Under the pieces are notes generated by a model. It worked only from the letters and a program-made list of their open reading frames with translations. It did no database searches and was not told where the DNA came from. The position numbers and the translations under genes were made by a program. Below are positions 60,934-64,000 of a DNA stretch of 64,000 nt, piece after piece. Numbering within the stretch: the stretch's first letter is position 1; every line of letters begins with the position of its first letter. The stretch is taken from contig OZ059899.1 in assembly GCA_964057225.1 (NCBI GenBank), positions 8,990,001 to 9,054,000 on the forward strand, written 5' to 3'. This DNA is from Auanema rhodensis. Lineage: Eukaryota > Animalia > Nematoda.

Positions 60934-61905
60934 TTTTTCTAAAACTTTTTCTATATAGTACTTGTTGCTTTTATTAGTAGCCAAGACAAGTTCAGGTTCG
61001 TAGAATATTCCCTTTATACGTTCACCATTATAATCTACAAGTTTATACACGGTTGGGTTTCCGGTTACAACCTCATCAATTGTGAACAGCTCCATTGTAT
61101 ATCCAGACTCGTAGCTTTTTTCAAAAGTACGCCAATTTTTGCTTATGCGAACAGTATCACCAATTTTAAAGCGGCTTTTAACAGCTGTTGCATATTCTTC
61201 AATGAATATATTTGCTTTAACATCAATGGGCCGCATTTTTATAGAGCGGTTATAAGATTTGTTTATTCCTTCAACCAAATCATCTAGTATATCAATCCAT
61301 CGATGATTATTCTTGTAATAGAGATATTTCATCATGCGCGTTTTTAAAGTTCTATTTGCTCGCTCCACCATTGCCGCCTTTTGTGGTGAACTTGTTGATC
61401 CATGCAGTATGGCAAATTTTTTGAATAGTTTTTCACAATGACTATTATAAAACTCTGCACCGTTATCCGTTATTAGTTGGATTGGTATAAAATCCTTGAA
61501 TACATTTTCAAATGCAGTAGCAACCTCTAAACCACCTTTAGTTTTCAAAGGCATAACATATAACATGCGTGTATAAACATCAATCATGGTCAACATGTAA
61601 GCATAGCCGTCATTTGATTTTTTATATTTTTGCATATCAACCAAATCTGCTTGCATTGTTAGGAATCGACCACAGCCTCTAGTCTTTTTAGTCTGCATAT
61701 GCAGTCTGGTTGGTTTATGACGTGTAAAAGTTTCAGAGTCTTGCAAAAAACTTTCAACTTGTGCTTTTGCGATGCCATGCTTTCGCGCTTCCAATAATAG
61801 ATTTTTGGCAGACGTATAAGAAGCTGGATGCTTAATATTATAATAAATGTTCTCCAAAACATTACTTCCATAATCTAATGTAGAATCGTTTACGGCCTTT
61901 GCCAT
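60934..61905 (-). pseudogene. Integrase truncated within the chromodomain
   Basis: Ends YYIEKVLEK and then reads into the terminus sequence. Confidence 0.85.
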
Positions 61906-62599
61906 TCTGTGTTTCTCCCGCCTGAGGTGTGTAATAAGATTCACCAGTGTCAGCGGGTTTTGCCTTTTTATTTATTGCTTTGGATTTGAATGTGCGACGC
62001 GGAGAGGGTGAATATCGAATAACAGCCTTACGATGACGTGGTGTTCTAGGTAATATATTAATAGTAGCATCCAAGTCTGTGACAGCCAATGTGGATGTAG
62101 GCACGGGATCAACTGAATCCTTGTTACTGACGGCAGGCTCTTCATTTTTTGCCTTCTTGTTAGGGCTAGAGACCCCATTACTGGCTAAAAATTTGGCTAA
62201 TACTGAGAATCCATTGGGTTCCGTCTTTGTTTTATCCAGTACAAAATCCAAAATTTTTGTAATATTTGTGTTTGGTACGGGCTCATTATTAATCACAAGT
62301 TGGTTATTTTTGTTTGTACGCACCTCTGGAAATCTTTCCCACAGATCGTTATACTTTCGTGGCAGCTTGTATTCTGGCAATAATGGTGGATCAGCATTTT
62401 CCACTTGTACTGATATAGGCGCATCTATGCTTTCTCTATAGTTTTTGAGACGGGTAATCAAGTCTTCGTATAGTTCAGCCTTTTTATGATCGGGTATAGA
62501 TTTATTCTCTCGTAAGAGCTTCAATTCAGCATCAAACTTGTCTATATTCAGCGTTTCATCATCAACAGGGATTAGACGATATTTATGATTGAGTTTCAT
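61862..62599 (-). CDS. 245-aa Polinton protein (inverted copy)
   Basis: Open ORF. Confidence 0.7.
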   Translation of the reverse strand: MKLNHKYRLIPVDDETLNIDKFDAELKLLRENKSIPDHKKAELYEDLITRLKNYRESIDAPISVQVENADPPLLPEYKLPRKYNDLWERFPEVRTNKNNQLVINNEPVPNTNITKILDFVLDKTKTEPNGFSVLAKFLASNGVSSPNKKAKNEEPAVSNKDSVDPVPTSTLAVTDLDATINILPRTPRHRKAVIRYSPSPRRTFKSKAINKKAKPADTGESYYTPQAGETQNGKGRKRFYIRLWK

Positions 62600-62699
62600 C
62601 TTTTAAAACCAAAATAAGCAATTCCGCATGAAACTATTGTTTTCAATTGTTTGTGTGAAATCGTTGCCAATAAAGTTTTAGCCTTTTCGGGTGTGCGTA

Positions 62700-64000
62700 A
62701 GTAGAGAGCCGTGCAAAATTTACTAACCACGCCCCCAAACAGCTGTCAAAAACATACTTTTGGGGGCGTCAGCTGCTAAAAACATACTTTGGGGCGCGTC
62801 AGCTGTCAAAAACATATTTTTGAGCGTCAGCTGTTAAAATCATATTTTGGGATCATGGTTCATGGATTCTCCTTTTTTAAATTTAAAAATCATGATTTAA
62901 AGCATGATATGGGTGTAAAAGTATACTATGAATAATATATGAGCTATTAAGCAAAGTTTAAAAAGCCTAAATGTTTTACAGAGATGGCTGTTGTTTATGG
63001 CACAAACGGTAAACAATAATGTTTAAAGAGATGTAAAAACTAATTAATATGCAGATTGTTTACAGGTTCAGAGTGCGCCAACTGCTGGCAACTGTCGATC
63101 AGATGAGTATATCTGCATAAATATGCTGTAAAATCTAATTAATAAAAGAATTTCATCAGCAAACTTGATTGTAACACAATGGGTTGTACTTTACAAAAAT
63201 CTTTGTATAAAAGGTTGGCAATTTTGCTTCATTTACATTTCAGCTCTGCCAACTATCCGAGGATCCGACGTTTCACCATCTCCTGCCACTCTTTGCCAAT
63301 CGCCATAGACTGCTCCTCTCTGCAAGTTTGCCTTAATTTTCAGAAAGTTGGATCTTTAGCGGAAATGAAGCGTGCTGTACTTGCTGATGTGACAAATGTT
63401 GTGCGCAAATCGCCTGAACCTGAAGTACCGCGACCACCCACACCAGCTCCAAATTTCACAAGTTTTGGTATGAACCTTAACTTGTATTTTTTTTAATCTT
63501 TAATTTAGATTCACCAATAAAGCAGATGGAGATTCTGAGAGAGAGCATTCCACCAAAGAGTGTATTAATGAGACCAATTTGTCTCTGCAAAACTTATAGG
63601 GAATCATTGCAGGTTATAGACGAGTATCACTGTTTCAGCCTCTGTATAAAGTGTAGAGGAAGGAATGATGCGTTGGGTCTTTTGAAGGAATTTCGTCATT
63701 ATAAGCCCGAAAACTTTTCTATTAATGTAAGCTTGCATATTTATTTATTTTCAATTTTATCATTTTTTAGATGCGCTCTTATAACACCATGACGTGCAAG
63801 CAATTGTTGAACAATATGGGCTATATTGTTATATATGCAGATGAGGCTACTGTAAAGACTTTTGGTTATAAGTAGAATGTATTCTACTTTAAACTAAGTC
63901 CAGAAGCACTCAACCTGAACATGTTTATCCGCTTTGATCCTTCATTTTGACTACAACAAGCACAAATAGTACAATTGGCGTTTTATTCTTGTTTTGTTAT
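62700..64000 (-). mobile_element. Right end of an inverted subfamily-B Polinton (variant TIR plus right arm), continues beyond window
   Basis: AGTAGAGAGCCGTGCAAAATTTACTAACCACGCCCCC at 62700; ~62907-64000 is the reverse complement of ~55525-56618. Confidence 0.88.
63365..63950 (+). pseudogene. D-box Cys-rich gene, subfamily B, with nonsense mutation
   Basis: CAG>TAG at 63873-63875 and CKTC>CKTY. Confidence 0.72.

Larger units (their letters stand above)
60762..62699 (-). mobile_element. Terminus (60762-60933) fused to an inverted integrase / 245-aa / partial 102-aa segment
   Basis: AGTAGAGAG at 60762; junction ctcgagc|tttttctaaaac. Confidence 0.88.

Noticed and set aside
62984-63106. Tiny two-exon Cys-containing ORF (MAVVYGTNGSECANCWQLSIR) in the B right arm
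   Set aside because: Only ~21 aa and seen only in two near-identical copies; not enough support.

Overview
AT-rich eukaryotic DNA, very probably nematode (40-50 nt introns, TTTCAG-type acceptors, nematode-type tRNA-Arg). 1-6.45 kb: three spliced host genes for secreted or surface proteins (PAN/Apple; PAN+TSP1; IgGFc-binding-like with Ser/Thr stalk and GPI-like tail). 6.8-9.95 kb: 608-bp tandem array with five tRNA-Arg(ACG) genes, interrupted by a possible LTR fragment. 10.56-64 kb: a cluster of Polinton/Maverick (virus-like) elements made of three head-to-tail units of 15-16 kb plus rearranged and inverted fragments from two subfamilies. Each unit encodes a 14-exon protein-primed DNA polymerase B (~1370 aa, reconstructed by hand and missed by the ORF track), intronless major/minor capsid, core-like protein, adenain-like protease, C2H2 protein, packaging ATPase, two uncharacterised ORFs and an RVE-chromodomain integrase, plus a spliced Cys-rich gene with a conserved APC/C D-box-like motif. 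All five termini (AGTAGAGAGCC) face the same way and four interrupt other copies of the element. No unit is fully intact but their lesions are complementary. All alignments and translations were done by eye; no database search was run.
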